Origin: an uncultured delta proteobacterium
Lineage (GTDB): Bacteria; Myxococcota_A; Polyangia; Polyangiales; B10-G4
Assembly (NCBI GenBank): GCA_963727445.1
Contig: CAVSGI010000003.1
Span: 41,701-105,700, forward strand
DNA length: 64,000 nt
Direction: 5' to 3'
Part shown: positions 48,086-60,235 of the stretch, in pieces
How positions within the stretch are numbered: position 1 is the stretch's first letter
Layout of the letters: every line of letters starts with the position of its first letter
Notes under the pieces: generated by a model
Database searches by the model: none
The model's input: only the letters and a program-made list of their open reading frames with translations
What the model was told of the DNA's origin: nothing
Translations under genes and position numbers: made by a program

Positions 48086-48880
48086 CTACCCCGGGGCCGG
48101 GACTTCCAAAGAGGCCGCCTGGCCAGGGGGGGTGAGCCGTAAGTACTTGGAAAGACGGTAAACACCGACATAGAAGGGGAGCGTATCGAGCAGGGCGGCC
48201 AACAATTTGAAAACATAGCCAGCCGCGATGAAAGCGAGGAGCTGGGCGGCCACGGAGGCCTCCCCGTGCATCGGAAGCGCCCCGACCATGTAGGTGATCA
48301 GGATCACCGCCACGGTGTCCACCATCTGGCTGACCATGGTCGAGCCGTTGTTTCGCAGCCACAGGTGCTTGCCTTTGGTCAGCGCTTTCCAGAAGTGGAA
48401 GAGCTGCACGTCGACGAGCTGGGCGACGAGATAGGCGATCATCGAGGCCGTCACCGCGCCGAAGGTCAGCGTCCGGATCCTCATGAAGACGCTCTCGCCA
48501 GGGGGCGTCGCCGAAGGAAGGACGCCGCCGAGCCAGACGATGAAGACCACCCAGGCGTTGAGCAGCAGGCCCATCATCACGACCTCGTTGGCGCGCCGTC
48601 GCCCGTAGAGCTCGCAGATGAAGTCGGTGCAGAGGAAGGTCAGCGGATAGGGGAGCACCCCGACCGCCAGCGGTACCGGGACCTTCACGCCGAAGACCGT
48701 GAAGCTCAGATCGATGAAGTGACTGATGCCGAGGATGTTGAGCATCGTCAGCGTACCGAGAAAGAGGCCGGCCAGGACCAGATAGACCCGCTCCCGGCGG
48801 GCGTGGAGCTCGGCCACCGAGAGTGTTTCGAGGCCCTCGTAGGGATGCTGCTCGGTGGGCAGGGGCGCGGCGTGACCCAT
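48086..48880 (-). CDS. Queuosine precursor transporter (YhhQ/Vut_1 family)
   Basis: YPLTFLCTDFICELYG, ASMIAYLVAQLVDV, LWLRNNGSTMVSQMVDT, ALLDT. Confidence 0.9.
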   Translation of the reverse strand: MGHAAPLPTEQHPYEGLETLSVAELHARRERVYLVLAGLFLGTLTMLNILGISHFIDLSFTVFGVKVPVPLAVGVLPYPLTFLCTDFICELYGRRRANEVVMMGLLLNAWVVFIVWLGGVLPSATPPGESVFMRIRTLTFGAVTASMIAYLVAQLVDVQLFHFWKALTKGKHLWLRNNGSTMVSQMVDTVAVILITYMVGALPMHGEASVAAQLLAFIAAGYVFKLLAALLDTLPFYVGVYRLSKYLRLTPPGQAASLEVPAPG

Positions 48881-50259
48881 CAGCCGAGCCCCCGCCTCAG
48901 GCCCACCCGCTCGATGCCGCGATAGGCCTGATGCTCACGCCCTGCCCGTTTCGCGTCGCCGATGGCCTCGTAGAGCGCGGGGACGGCGATGGAGACCTTT
49001 CCACGTTCAGAGACGGCGGCTTCGAGGGCGCGAGCGACCTCGGCCGCGTCCACCCCGGCCTCGAGCACGAGCTTGCCGCGGACGATGCGATGATCTTCGG
49101 CGGGCGCGTGTGCGTGCTTCACAAGCACCTCGCCCGCCGCGCAGCGTGGACAGACCGACTCGACTCTCGCCGCGAGGACGAAGAGGCGCGCGCCCTCGGG
49201 AAGCGCCTCGCCCAGGGACGCGAGGTCGCCCTCGGCTTGCTCGAGCGCGACGAAGCGCAGGCGGCGCTCGTCGCCGCGGCGAAGGATCTCGAGGAGCGCG
49301 AAGCGGGGGATCACGCGCGCCGTGTCGTCGTCGAGCCTCACCTCTCGGCGCCCGACCGGGACCCCGTCCCACAGAACCACGTCCCCGTAGTCGACGGGCG
49401 CGTCGCGGAGGGTCGGGGGCTCGATCACGCCGTGACAGGGGCTCAGCGGCGCGACCGACACCACCTCGAAGCTCAGCGCCTGGTCCGGGACCTCCGCGCC
49501 GATCTCGTGACCATCGCCGCGGGTCGGTATGCGGAGCTCGACCGGGGCGAGGCCGCGGGCGATGGGCATGCCGGCCTGGTTGACCTCGATCTCGATGCCG
49601 AGCGCGGACCAGGCCCGGCGCGCGTCCTCGCCCCGCCCGAGACCCGTCGCCGTCACGGCGAGGTTGAACAGGAGCGCGCGCCCCTGTTGGCCGAGCGCGC
49701 GGGCCGCGTCGAAATCGTCGTACGCATCGGCGAGCTCACCGCGGCTCTTGTGGAAGAGGCCGCGGTCGAAGCGGAAGCCCGCCTCTCGCGGCAGGGCCGC
49801 GATGGCGCGCGCGAACGCCGCTCGTGCCTCGTCGTCACGGGCGCGCGACGTCAAACGAAGCGCGTTGGCGAGGTTGATCTGCACGAAGGGTGAGAGCGAC
49901 TCGGGGACCGAAGCGGGATCGAGCGCTTCGAGCAGCGTGAGGGCTTCGGTGGCGAGAGGATCGCCCGTGGCCGGGCTGTCGACGGGCTTCTGCGACGAGA
50001 CGGCGAGGAGCGTCGAGGCCGCCGACACGACGACGTCGGGCGACGAGTCGAAGGCCCGGGCGATGGTCTGCACGGACGTCAGGAGCGCCTTGGGGGAGAG
50101 CCCCGACAGAGCGCGGGTCGTCTCGAGCCAGGTGAGCGCGAGCGGCGCGCCGCCGGCGGCGACCGCGTCTGGCGGGGGCAGAAGGGAGAGCGCCGCATCG
50201 GCGTCGCCGCGTGCGAGCGCGGCCTCGATGGCCTGCCGGAGCCTCGTGATGTCCTGCAT
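48880..50259 (-). CDS. TPR-containing hypothetical protein
   Basis: Helical TPR-like N-half (INLANAL, FDRGLFHK, FNLAVTA); C-half with PLSPCHG and CPRC. Confidence 0.72.
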   Translation of the reverse strand: MQDITRLRQAIEAALARGDADAALSLLPPPDAVAAGGAPLALTWLETTRALSGLSPKALLTSVQTIARAFDSSPDVVVSAASTLLAVSSQKPVDSPATGDPLATEALTLLEALDPASVPESLSPFVQINLANALRLTSRARDDEARAAFARAIAALPREAGFRFDRGLFHKSRGELADAYDDFDAARALGQQGRALLFNLAVTATGLGRGEDARRAWSALGIEIEVNQAGMPIARGLAPVELRIPTRGDGHEIGAEVPDQALSFEVVSVAPLSPCHGVIEPPTLRDAPVDYGDVVLWDGVPVGRREVRLDDDTARVIPRFALLEILRRGDERRLRFVALEQAEGDLASLGEALPEGARLFVLAARVESVCPRCAAGEVLVKHAHAPAEDHRIVRGKLVLEAGVDAAEVARALEAAVSERGKVSIAVPALYEAIGDAKRAGREHQAYRGIERVGLRRGLG

Positions 50260-50295
50260 GACGCGCCGAGCTTTACACGAGCACGGGATCCACGC

Positions 50296-50556
50296 CGCCC
50301 CTCTGAGAGAAGGCGGCGCGCCGCCGGAGCGGAGGAACGCCAAAGGGCGGGCGCCGCCCAGAGGCGGTCCAGAGCGCAGGCGGCGCGCCGCCGGCAGTGC
50401 TCATTCGCCCCTCTGAGAGAAGGCGGCGCGCCGCCGGAGCGGAGGAACGCCAAAGGGCGGGGGCCGCCCGGAGGCGGTCCAGAGCGCAGGCGGCGCGCCG
50501 CCGGCAGTGCTCATTCGCCCCTCTGAGAGAAGGCGGCGCGCCGCCGGCAGTGCTCA
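50296..50556. repeat. 110-bp tandem palindromic (REP/BIME-like) repeat: two full units plus one truncated unit
   Basis: CTCTGAGAGAAGGCGGCGCGCCGCCGG starts at 50301, 50411 and 50521; five GGCGGCGCGCCGCC palindromes. Confidence 0.93.
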
Positions 50557-51679
50557 CTCCAGCCGCTGTGGCCGGCGCGGGGGCGCGGCGAGCTCGACGG
50601 TGGTGTCTCCGTGGAGCTGGCCGGGGGGCACGGTCAAGGTGAGGGTCGCCCGGTCACCCGGCCGGTGCTGCAGGAGCAAGCGGGTCAGGTCGTCCCAGCC
50701 GCGCACGGGCTCGCCGTCCATCGCGAGGATCACGTAGCCCGTCCAGGGCACGTTCATTCTGCGCACCACCCGCGGCGCTGGATCGAGGGCCCCCCGAACG
50801 CCGGCGACCGCGGCGGGGCCCCCGGGGATCACCCGCTGGACCCGCACCCCGTGCATGCCGAAGCCGTCGAACTCCTCGCCCTCGATGCCGAGCCACACGG
50901 GCAGGGGCGCCTCGAGAACGACCTCCGCGCCGCTGCCCTCCCCTCCTCGTGGCTGTGCGCGCTCGGCGATCTCTGCGCGGCGGTGGCGTAGCGCGCTGAC
51001 GAGCTCGCGGACGAGATTCGAGGGGACGGCGAAGCCGATGCCTTCGCTCCCTCCCGTGCGGGAGATGATGAGGGTGTTGACGCCGATCACCTCGCCTCGA
51101 CTGTCGACGAGCGGTCCACCGGAATTGCCGGGGTTGATGGGAGCGTCGGTCTGGATCAGACCGCGGATGCGTCCGTCGCCGACGCCGCGGAGGTTGTCGC
51201 GGCGCGCGCTCACGATCCCCTGCGTGAGCGTTCCCGAGAGCCCGTGGGGGCTTCCGTATGCGAGCACGGACTGACCGACGCGCACCCGGTCCGAGTCGGC
51301 GAGGCCGATGGGCGGCGACGGGCTCTCCTCCACCGAAAGGATGGCGGAGATCCTTGCGCCCGTCCACCGCGAGGACCTGGGCCTCGAGCACGGTGCCGCC
51401 GGGAAAGTGCACCGCGATCGCGCCGGCCCGGGCGCCGTCGACGACGTGGGCGTTGGTCACGATGAAGCGCTCGCGTCCGACCACGAAGCCCGAGCCGACG
51501 CCCCGCCCGCGGATCGCCACGGTCACGGTCGAGCGGCTGAGGCGCTCCGCGATGGAGATGCGCCGCGCCTCGGTCAGCTCCTGTGCGCTCGCCGGGACGG
51601 CGGCACCGACGAGGAGCAGGACGAGGAGGCGCTGCGCGACGCGGGTCACAGAGACAATTAGATGGGCATGAGCGGCCAT
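50554..51679 (-). CDS. HtrA/DegP-like S1C serine protease with PDZ domain; frameshift near 51345
   Basis: GSGF, IVTNAHVV, QTDAPINPGNSGGPL, WLGI PDZ loop. Confidence 0.9.
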
Positions 51680-51804
51680 CGATTCAACCCGAAGACGCGG
51701 ACGGCCCTCGGCCGGCAACCTCGGTCTTGCCCCTGGCGGCAAACCCCGATTACCCTCGGGCGGTTCGAAGGGCGCTGATTTCCCTGTCGAATTTCGAGGC
51801 GGAC

Positions 51805-52560
51805 GTGCAGAGACACGGTGCTGGACTGACGGATGTGGGGCGACGCAGAGTCGTCAACGAGGACTCGTTCTTTCTCGATGACGAGCTCGGGCTCTACATC
51901 GTGGCGGATGGGATGGGCGGCCACGCCGCCGGCGAGATCGCGAGCAAGGAAGCGGTCGACACCGTCCACGGCATGGTGAAGCGCGGCTTCGAATGCGTGG
52001 ACAAGCTCCTCGGCGGCGACGAGTCGCCGGAGAACTTCCGCAAGGTGATGCGCCTCGTCGAGAGCGCGGCGCAGGCGGCCACCTACATGGTGTTTGCGAT
52101 CGCACAAAACGAGCCCGAGCAGCACGGCATGGGCACCACCCTGTCGGTGCTGCTGCTCACCGAGAAATACGGCTTCACGGCGCAGGTCGGCGACAGCCGC
52201 GTCTATCTGGTGCGCGACGGCTATTCGACGCAGCTCACGGAAGACCACACCCTCGTCGCCTGGCAGTTGAAGCAGGGGATCATCACCGAGGACGAGGCCG
52301 CGGTCTCGCCCCACAAGAACGTGATCACCCGGGCCGTGGGCAGCCGCGAGTACGTCCAGGTCGACACCCACATGTTCGAGATCCAGACCGGCGACAGCTT
52401 CCTCATCTGCTCGGACGGCCTCCACGGCTACCTGAAGGACGAGGAGATCCCCAGCGTCATCGACCTCGGCCCCCCCACCGCCGTCCGCAAGTTCATCGAG
52501 CTCGCCAACGAGCGCGGCGGCCGCGACAACATCACGGCCGTCATCGTGGAGATACAGTAG
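51805..52560 (+). CDS. PP2C-type Ser/Thr phosphatase (Stp1-like)
   Basis: TDVGRRR..NED, VADGMGGH, GMGTT, VGDSR, CSDGL, GGRDNIT. Confidence 0.93.
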   Translation: MQRHGAGLTDVGRRRVVNEDSFFLDDELGLYIVADGMGGHAAGEIASKEAVDTVHGMVKRGFECVDKLLGGDESPENFRKVMRLVESAAQAATYMVFAIAQNEPEQHGMGTTLSVLLLTEKYGFTAQVGDSRVYLVRDGYSTQLTEDHTLVAWQLKQGIITEDEAAVSPHKNVITRAVGSREYVQVDTHMFEIQTGDSFLICSDGLHGYLKDEEIPSVIDLGPPTAVRKFIELANERGGRDNITAVIVEIQ

Positions 52561-52577
52561 GAGCGGGCGGAGGCGCA

Positions 52578-52672
52578 GGGGACGCTAGATTGACAATTGA
52601 CTTTCGCCGCCCCGGCTTCTGAAAAGTCCGGCGTTCGTGTGGGCGAAAGTCAATTGTCAATCTAGCGTCCCC
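52578..52672. repeat. Inverted-repeat doublet (REPIN/MITE-like), copy 2
   Basis: Same 31-bp arm at 52578-52608, 33-bp spacer, perfect reverse complement at 52642-52672. Confidence 0.93.
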
Positions 52673-52778
52673 CGTCTTGTGATACCTCACAAGACGAGTA
52701 CGAGGACTGCACACTCCTCGCTACACTGCCGCCACGCGCTTCGCGCGTGGGGTGGTTCGGCGGCAGTTGGAGGTTTCG

Positions 52779-54443
52779 ATGCGGTGGATTCTTGCTTTGG
52801 TGTTGATTGGTTCCGGCTGCACCTCGGGGGGCCGCGTGCCGGTGGGGGACGCGGGGCTCGACACCTCGATGATGCGTACCTGTGAGAACGACGTCGACTC
52901 GGACGGCGACGGGCTCCTCGACGACTTCGAAGGAACCGGCGACAGCGACGGCGACGGCACGCCCGACTATCTCGACACCGACTCCGACAACGACGGCCTC
53001 TCCGACGCGATGGAGAAAGGCGACCTCGGCAACTGCAACGCCATCAACACCGACGGCGACGCCTACTTCGACTACCTCGACAACGACTCCGACAACGACG
53101 GCCTGAGCGACCGCGACGAGACCGAGGTCTACTTCACGGATCCGACGAACGAAGACAGCGACGGCGACGGCTTCAGCGACACGGCGGAGATCGCCACGGG
53201 GCACGATCCTCTCGACGCCAGCGATGGCCTCGCGGACGACGACTTCTACGTGGTGCTTCCCTTCGGCGACCCCGCGGTGGAGCAGGACTTCGTCTTCGGC
53301 ACCACCGTGCGCAAGGCGGACGTCTTCTTCATGGTCGACGGCACCGGCTCGATGACTGGCGAGATCAGCCAGCTCAAGAGCAGCCTTTCGAGCATCGTAC
53401 CGGAGATGGTGAGCGCTCTGACCGATGTGGGTGTCGGGTTCGGTGGGTTTGCTGGGTTCGGTGGTGACGCGGCAGGTACGGTGACCGACCCCTTCCTTGG
53501 CATCACCCTCCCGCAGGACGGCCCCGACGGTGACGAGCCCTTCCACCTCTACTCCGTGATCACCACCGAGCTCTCCCAGATGCTGACGGACGTCATGTCC
53601 GTCGACGCGCCCTACGGCGGCGCCACCTGGGCCTCGAGCAACGAGGCGCTCTTCCAGGCGGCCACCGGCGACGGCTTCGAGCCGTGGCTCGGCCCGCAAA
53701 ACTGCGTCGCCATCCCCGACGAGGAGGGCCGGCGCTACGGCTATCCCTGCTTCCGCCCGGGCGCGCTGCCGATCATGGTGGTCATGACCGACACCTCGTC
53801 GAAGAACGGCCCGGCTGGCGCCGAAACGTACGACGACTCGCTCTTCACCACGCCCCGCGGCCCACACACCTACATGGAGACGCTCAACGAGCTCAGCCGC
53901 ATCGGCGCGCGGGTGATCGGCGTCATCAGCGGTGAAGAGGTGTCGAGCCCCACGCCCATCGCGCAGTTCCGCGAGTGGGCGACGATGACCGGCACCGTCG
54001 ACGCGAGCGGCGCGCCGATCACCTTCATGATCGGCTCGGACGGCTCCGGCCTCGACACCAGCATCGTCGAAGCCATCCGCACGCTCGCGGAGGAGACGCC
54101 CCAGGACATCACCACCCGCACCAGCGACGGCGAGGACATCCCCGAGCAGGACCCCGCGGTCGACGCAACGCTCTTCATCAAGGCCATCACGCCCCTCGAA
54201 GCACACGACGGTGCGACCCTCATCCCGGAGAGCGAGATCCCGCGTGACGACACCACCTTCTACGACGTCACCCCGGGAACGACGGTCACCTTCCGCGTTC
54301 GCTTCCAGAACGACTTCCAGGCCCCACAGCTCAGCACCCAAATCTTCCTCGCCAAGATCTACGTCGTCGGCAACGGCGTCGCCGATCTCGACGAGCACGA
54401 CGTGGTCATCGTGGTCCCAGCAGGTAGCGGGCCCCTGATCTGA
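52779..54443 (+). CDS. Lipoprotein with Asp-rich Ca-binding (DxDxDG) repeats and VWA domain
   Basis: Lipobox GSGC; DSDGDG/DSDNDG repeats; DVFFMVDGTGSM MIDAS-like motif; FRPGALPIMVVMTD. Confidence 0.85.
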   Translation: MRWILALVLIGSGCTSGGRVPVGDAGLDTSMMRTCENDVDSDGDGLLDDFEGTGDSDGDGTPDYLDTDSDNDGLSDAMEKGDLGNCNAINTDGDAYFDYLDNDSDNDGLSDRDETEVYFTDPTNEDSDGDGFSDTAEIATGHDPLDASDGLADDDFYVVLPFGDPAVEQDFVFGTTVRKADVFFMVDGTGSMTGEISQLKSSLSSIVPEMVSALTDVGVGFGGFAGFGGDAAGTVTDPFLGITLPQDGPDGDEPFHLYSVITTELSQMLTDVMSVDAPYGGATWASSNEALFQAATGDGFEPWLGPQNCVAIPDEEGRRYGYPCFRPGALPIMVVMTDTSSKNGPAGAETYDDSLFTTPRGPHTYMETLNELSRIGARVIGVISGEEVSSPTPIAQFREWATMTGTVDASGAPITFMIGSDGSGLDTSIVEAIRTLAEETPQDITTRTSDGEDIPEQDPAVDATLFIKAITPLEAHDGATLIPESEIPRDDTTFYDVTPGTTVTFRVRFQNDFQAPQLSTQIFLAKIYVVGNGVADLDEHDVVIVVPAGSGPLI

Positions 54444-54570
54444 CGCGAGACGTCTCGTGAGGGACGTTGGGTGACGGTCCGGCCGCTCTCGATGGGAGGC
54501 GGCCGTTTCGTTCTCTCAATCAGCCAAGAGCCCGGCGAGGGCGCGCCACCACCGCGAGGCCGCGCCCTAC

Positions 54571-55929
54571 CTACCCCGACTCCACAGCCTTCACGGTGCC
54601 GGCGCTGCTTGTCGGGCTCGGGATGCCGAGCGCGATCTCGCGGTAGTGCAGGAAGAGGCTCTGACCGATGCTCAGGACGGGTACGGCGAGGAGCGCGCCG
54701 GCGAGGCCGAAGAGGTGCTCGCCGCCGAGCAGCGCGAAGATCACCAGGACGGGATGCACCTTGGCAGCGTCGCCCATGATCTTGGGATTGAAGATGTTCG
54801 CTTCGAGCTGGTGGATGATGACGATCCAGCCGAACACCAGGAGCGCCGTCATGATCGAGATCTGCAGCCCGAGGAGCACGGCCGGGATGGAGCTGATGAT
54901 GACGCCGAAGATGGGGATGATGCTGAAGACCAGGGCCACCAGCGTGAGGATGGGCCAGTACGGCAGGCCGAGCGCGTAGAAGCCGATGCCGGTGAGGACG
55001 CCGTTGACCAGCGCGATGATCAGCTGGCCGCGCACCACCCCCGAGAGCCCGCGGTCGATGCGGTGGAGCAGGTGGTCGAAGCGCGGCTGCCGAGCGGGCA
55101 CCACCATCTCCCGAAAGAAGGCGAAGATGCGCTCCTTGGTGATCATCAGGTACGCCGCGATCATCAGCATCAAGAAGAAACCGAAGACGCCGCGGACGAT
55201 CCCCCTCACCACCGAGTTCACGGTCTGGATGAGGGCGACCGCCGTGCCTTCGGAGTCCTCCATCTGACGAGAGAGCGCCTGGCTCAACGTCGTCCCGATG
55301 TTGCGATTGTCTTCGTCGTGGGCGGGCTCGGCTCCGATGACGTAGCTGTTGCCGTGGTGATGGACTTCGATCCCCTTGGGCGGCAGATGCACGGCGTAAC
55401 CGCCACGGTCGTCGGGCTCGACCAGGATCGCTTCCGACGCGTAATGCGCGGGAACCCCCGCGTCCATGCCGGACGACGTGCCGCCCTCGTCTCCCCGCAT
55501 CGGCGGAAGCGCCGGGCTCGGCTCGGAGTGCTCGTAGGCCTCCATCCGGCTCTGCAGCTCTTCCTGTAGCTTGGGAAGCCACTCGCTCTGCACTCGCCGC
55601 ACCATCTGCGGTGCCTCCTCGGTGAAGCGCTGCACCTCGACCACGATGGGCGGCACCGCGAAGGCGCCGAGCCCCGCCACCGCACCCAACAGGCCGATGA
55701 TGACCACCACCGCCGCCGCCCAGCGCGGCATCCACGTGGTGAGGCGACGGGCGACCGGCTCGAAGACGTAGGCGATGACGATGGCGAAGAGGAAAGGGAG
55801 GAGCACCTCCCGAAAGGCGAGGAGAACCGCCGCCAGGACCGTCGCCGAAGCGCCGAAGAAGAGCAGGCGCCTTCGCCGCGAGCCCGGGCCGCTCTCCGGC
55901 GTGCTCCCTGCTTTGTCTTCCCCAGCCAC
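54571..55929 (-). CDS. AI-2E (PerM) family transporter
   Basis: PFLFAIVIAYVFEP, VRGQL, SIIPIFG, QLEANIFNPKIMG, VHP..LLAVP. Confidence 0.9.
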   Translation of the reverse strand: MAGEDKAGSTPESGPGSRRRRLLFFGASATVLAAVLLAFREVLLPFLFAIVIAYVFEPVARRLTTWMPRWAAAVVVIIGLLGAVAGLGAFAVPPIVVEVQRFTEEAPQMVRRVQSEWLPKLQEELQSRMEAYEHSEPSPALPPMRGDEGGTSSGMDAGVPAHYASEAILVEPDDRGGYAVHLPPKGIEVHHHGNSYVIGAEPAHDEDNRNIGTTLSQALSRQMEDSEGTAVALIQTVNSVVRGIVRGVFGFFLMLMIAAYLMITKERIFAFFREMVVPARQPRFDHLLHRIDRGLSGVVRGQLIIALVNGVLTGIGFYALGLPYWPILTLVALVFSIIPIFGVIISSIPAVLLGLQISIMTALLVFGWIVIIHQLEANIFNPKIMGDAAKVHPVLVIFALLGGEHLFGLAGALLAVPVLSIGQSLFLHYREIALGIPSPTSSAGTVKAVESG

Positions 55930-55970
55930 CGCGTGCCTTTAGCGCACGACCGGCCGAAGCGAAAGCCCAC

Positions 55971-56001
55971 GAAAAAGGCCGGCTCGTCTCCGAGCCGGCC
56001 T
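55971..56001 (-). terminator. Rho-independent terminator after rpsA
   Basis: 11-bp stem AGGCCGGCTCG/CGAGCCGGCCT with 4-nt loop, followed by a T-run on the minus strand. Confidence 0.8.
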
Positions 56002-56023
56002 CCTTCAGTTCATGCGTGAGACG

Positions 56024-57880
<1,857 letters not shown>

Positions 57881-58061
57881 GATCTGAGTTTCCTGAGGAA
57901 ACGAGTGCGTATCCAGGGGCTCGAAGCTTCGATGCCTCCCCTACGGCGATACACAGCAAGGGTTGAACAATGGTGATTTCGGACGGAAAAACCGCCCCGA
58001 AATCGCGAGGCGCGTAGGGGTAGCAGCCGCCACCACGGGTGTCAACGCGCCCCAGCGGCCG

Positions 58062-58740
58062 TCATTGCGGGGCGCTGCGCACGATTCGTACGAGCTGGTC
58101 GACCACTTCGTCGAGGGTCATCGTGGACGTGTCCAGGATGATGGCGTCGTCGGCGGGCTTGAGCGGGGCCACCTCGCGGCCCGAGTCCTGGGCGTCGCGC
58201 TCCTCGATTTGACGCTTCAAATCGGCGAGGTCGGCCGGGACACCCCGGGAGGCGAGGTCCTCGAAGCGGCGCTTGGCCCGCTGCTCGACACTCGCGGTCA
58301 GGAAGACCTTCACCTCGGCATCCGGGAAGACCACGGTCCCGATGTCCCGCCCCTCGAGCACCACCCCACCCTCGGCGCCGAGGCGCCGCTGAAGATCGAG
58401 GAGCGCCGCGCGCACGGGCGGATGGCGGGAGACATCGCTCGCCCCCCGCGAGATCTCCGGGTTCCGAATGTCCCCCGACCGGTCCACCCCATCGATCCTC
58501 AGGCGGGGGACGCCGCCCTCGCCCCGGCGTGAACGACAGCTTCAGCGTCTCCGTGAAGCGCCCCAGCGCTTCGCCGTCGTCCCAGCTGATGCCGGCCTCC
58601 TTCGCGGCGAGCGCCACGCCCCGGTAGAGCGCTCCCGTGTCGACGAGGACGAAACCGAGCCGGTCGGCGAGGCGCTTGCTCGCAGTGCTCTTGCCCGCTC
58701 CCGCGGGGCCATCGATGGCGACGACTGGACGCTCCCTGCC
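58062..58740 (-). CDS. cmk: Cytidylate kinase (in frame with AroA C-terminus; frameshift near 58500-58530)
   Basis: VAIDGPAGAGKST, DTGALYR, VVLEGRDIGTVVFPDA..K.FLTAS, RD..DS.R.VAPL. Confidence 0.92.
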
Positions 58741-58748
58741 CCGTCGTC

Positions 58749-58846
58749 GAGAAGCCGGAGCGCCTGAGGAGCGGAGAGACGCGGGAGCCCCGCCTCGCCG
58801 GGCGGAGGCGGCCTTGCGCGTAGGCGGCGCGGAGCCGGACGCGCTC
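58749..58846. repeat. Diverged copy of the 50.3-kb repeat unit at the aroA-cmk junction
   Basis: Colinear with 50307-50402; first 34 nt match 27/34; shares GGAGCGGAG, GAGGCGG, AGGCGGCGCG, GCCGG blocks. Confidence 0.75.
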
Positions 58847-60235
58847 GCGCTCTCCTCTTCAGCGATGTCTGCTCCGAGCTCCCGCAGCATGGCAGCGAAC
58901 CCCGGGAAGGAGGTATCCACGCAGGCGACGTCGTCGATGACGGTCTCGCCGTCGGCCGCGAGCCCGAGCACGGCCGAGGCCATCGCGATCCGGTGATCGC
59001 CACGGCTGTCGATGGTGGCGCCGCCCTTCACCGGCTCACCGCCGCTTCCTTCGATCACCATGCCGTCGTCCAGCTCGGTGTGCTCCACGCCGAAGGCGCG
59101 CAGCACGGCGCTCATCGCCTCGAGCCGGTCGCTCTCCTTGACCCGGAGCTCCTTCGCGTCGCGGATTTCCGTCCGTCCGCGCGCGGTCGCCGCGGCGGCA
59201 CAGAAGGCCGGCACTTCGTCGATCATGCGCGTGAGGAGCTCACCGCCCACGCTTCCGCCGCTCAAGGGCCGTTGGCTGCCCAGGGTCAGGTCGCGCGGTC
59301 GGCTCGTCCCCTGCCCCCGTGTCCTTCCGCTGCACCTCGGGGTGCGATCCGCATGGCGACGGAGCGCGTCGAGGATCCCGGTGCGGGTCGGGTTCATCCC
59401 CACCCCCTCGAGGCGCGAGCTCGCTCCCCTTCACCACGTGGCGCCGCGACCACCAGGAAGGCCGCGCTCGAGACGTCGCCCGGCACGCGCCAGTCGAAGG
59501 CATCCCAACCCGCCACGGAAGCTCGTTCGGGTCGAGGAGCACCATCGGCCCCATGGTCTGCAGGGGCACCCCCAACGCCACCAACATCCGCTCGGTGTGA
59601 TCGCGCGAGAGCGTCGGCTCCTTGAGCGCCGTCGGTCCCGAAGCGTAGAGGCCGCTCAACAGCAGCGCGCTCTTCACCTGCGCGCTCGCCACCGGCATCT
59701 CGTACTCGATCCCCTTGAGGGTCTCGCCCTCCACCAGCGGGGCGATGGAGAGCGGCGGGTAGACCTCGCCTTCCTTGTCCCCGCTGACGCCGGCGATGTG
59801 GCCGCCGCGCGCGCGGAGCGGTCCGACGATGCGCATCATCGGCCGCCCGCTGAGCGAGTGGTCCCCGACCAGGCGCGAGCCGAAGCGCTGCGCGACGAGG
59901 AGCCCGGCGAGGAGGCGCATGGAGGTCCCCGAGTTGCCGCAATCGAGGGCCTCGGTCGGCATGGTGAGGCCGCGCAGCCCGACGCCGCGGATGGTCACCT
60001 CGCTTCCGTCCTCGCTGGTCTCCTCGATACCGGCGCCCATGGCCCGCATCGCCGCCGCCGTGGCGCGGTTGTCGAGGCCGCCCGACAGCCCGGTCACCCG
60101 GCTCTCGCCCTCGGCGAGCGCCCCCAAGAGGAGCGAGCGGTGCCCGATGGACTTGTCGCCGGGGATGCGCACGCTCCCCGAGAGGCGCGCCGCCGGCTTC
60201 ACGCGCCAGCGCTTCCGCGACGTACCCGTCGTCAC
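58847..60235 (-). CDS. aroA: 3-phosphoshikimate 1-carboxyvinyltransferase (frameshifted; no stop before cmk)
   Basis: PGDKSIGHR, DCGNSGT, ASAQVKSA, SRDHTERM, PGDVSSAAF, ELRVKESDR, DHRIAM, TSFPGF. Confidence 0.93.

Noticed and set aside
50296..50556. Possible CRISPR array
   Set aside because: Inter-repeat sequences are themselves repeated rather than unique spacers, the period is 110 bp, and no cas genes are present.
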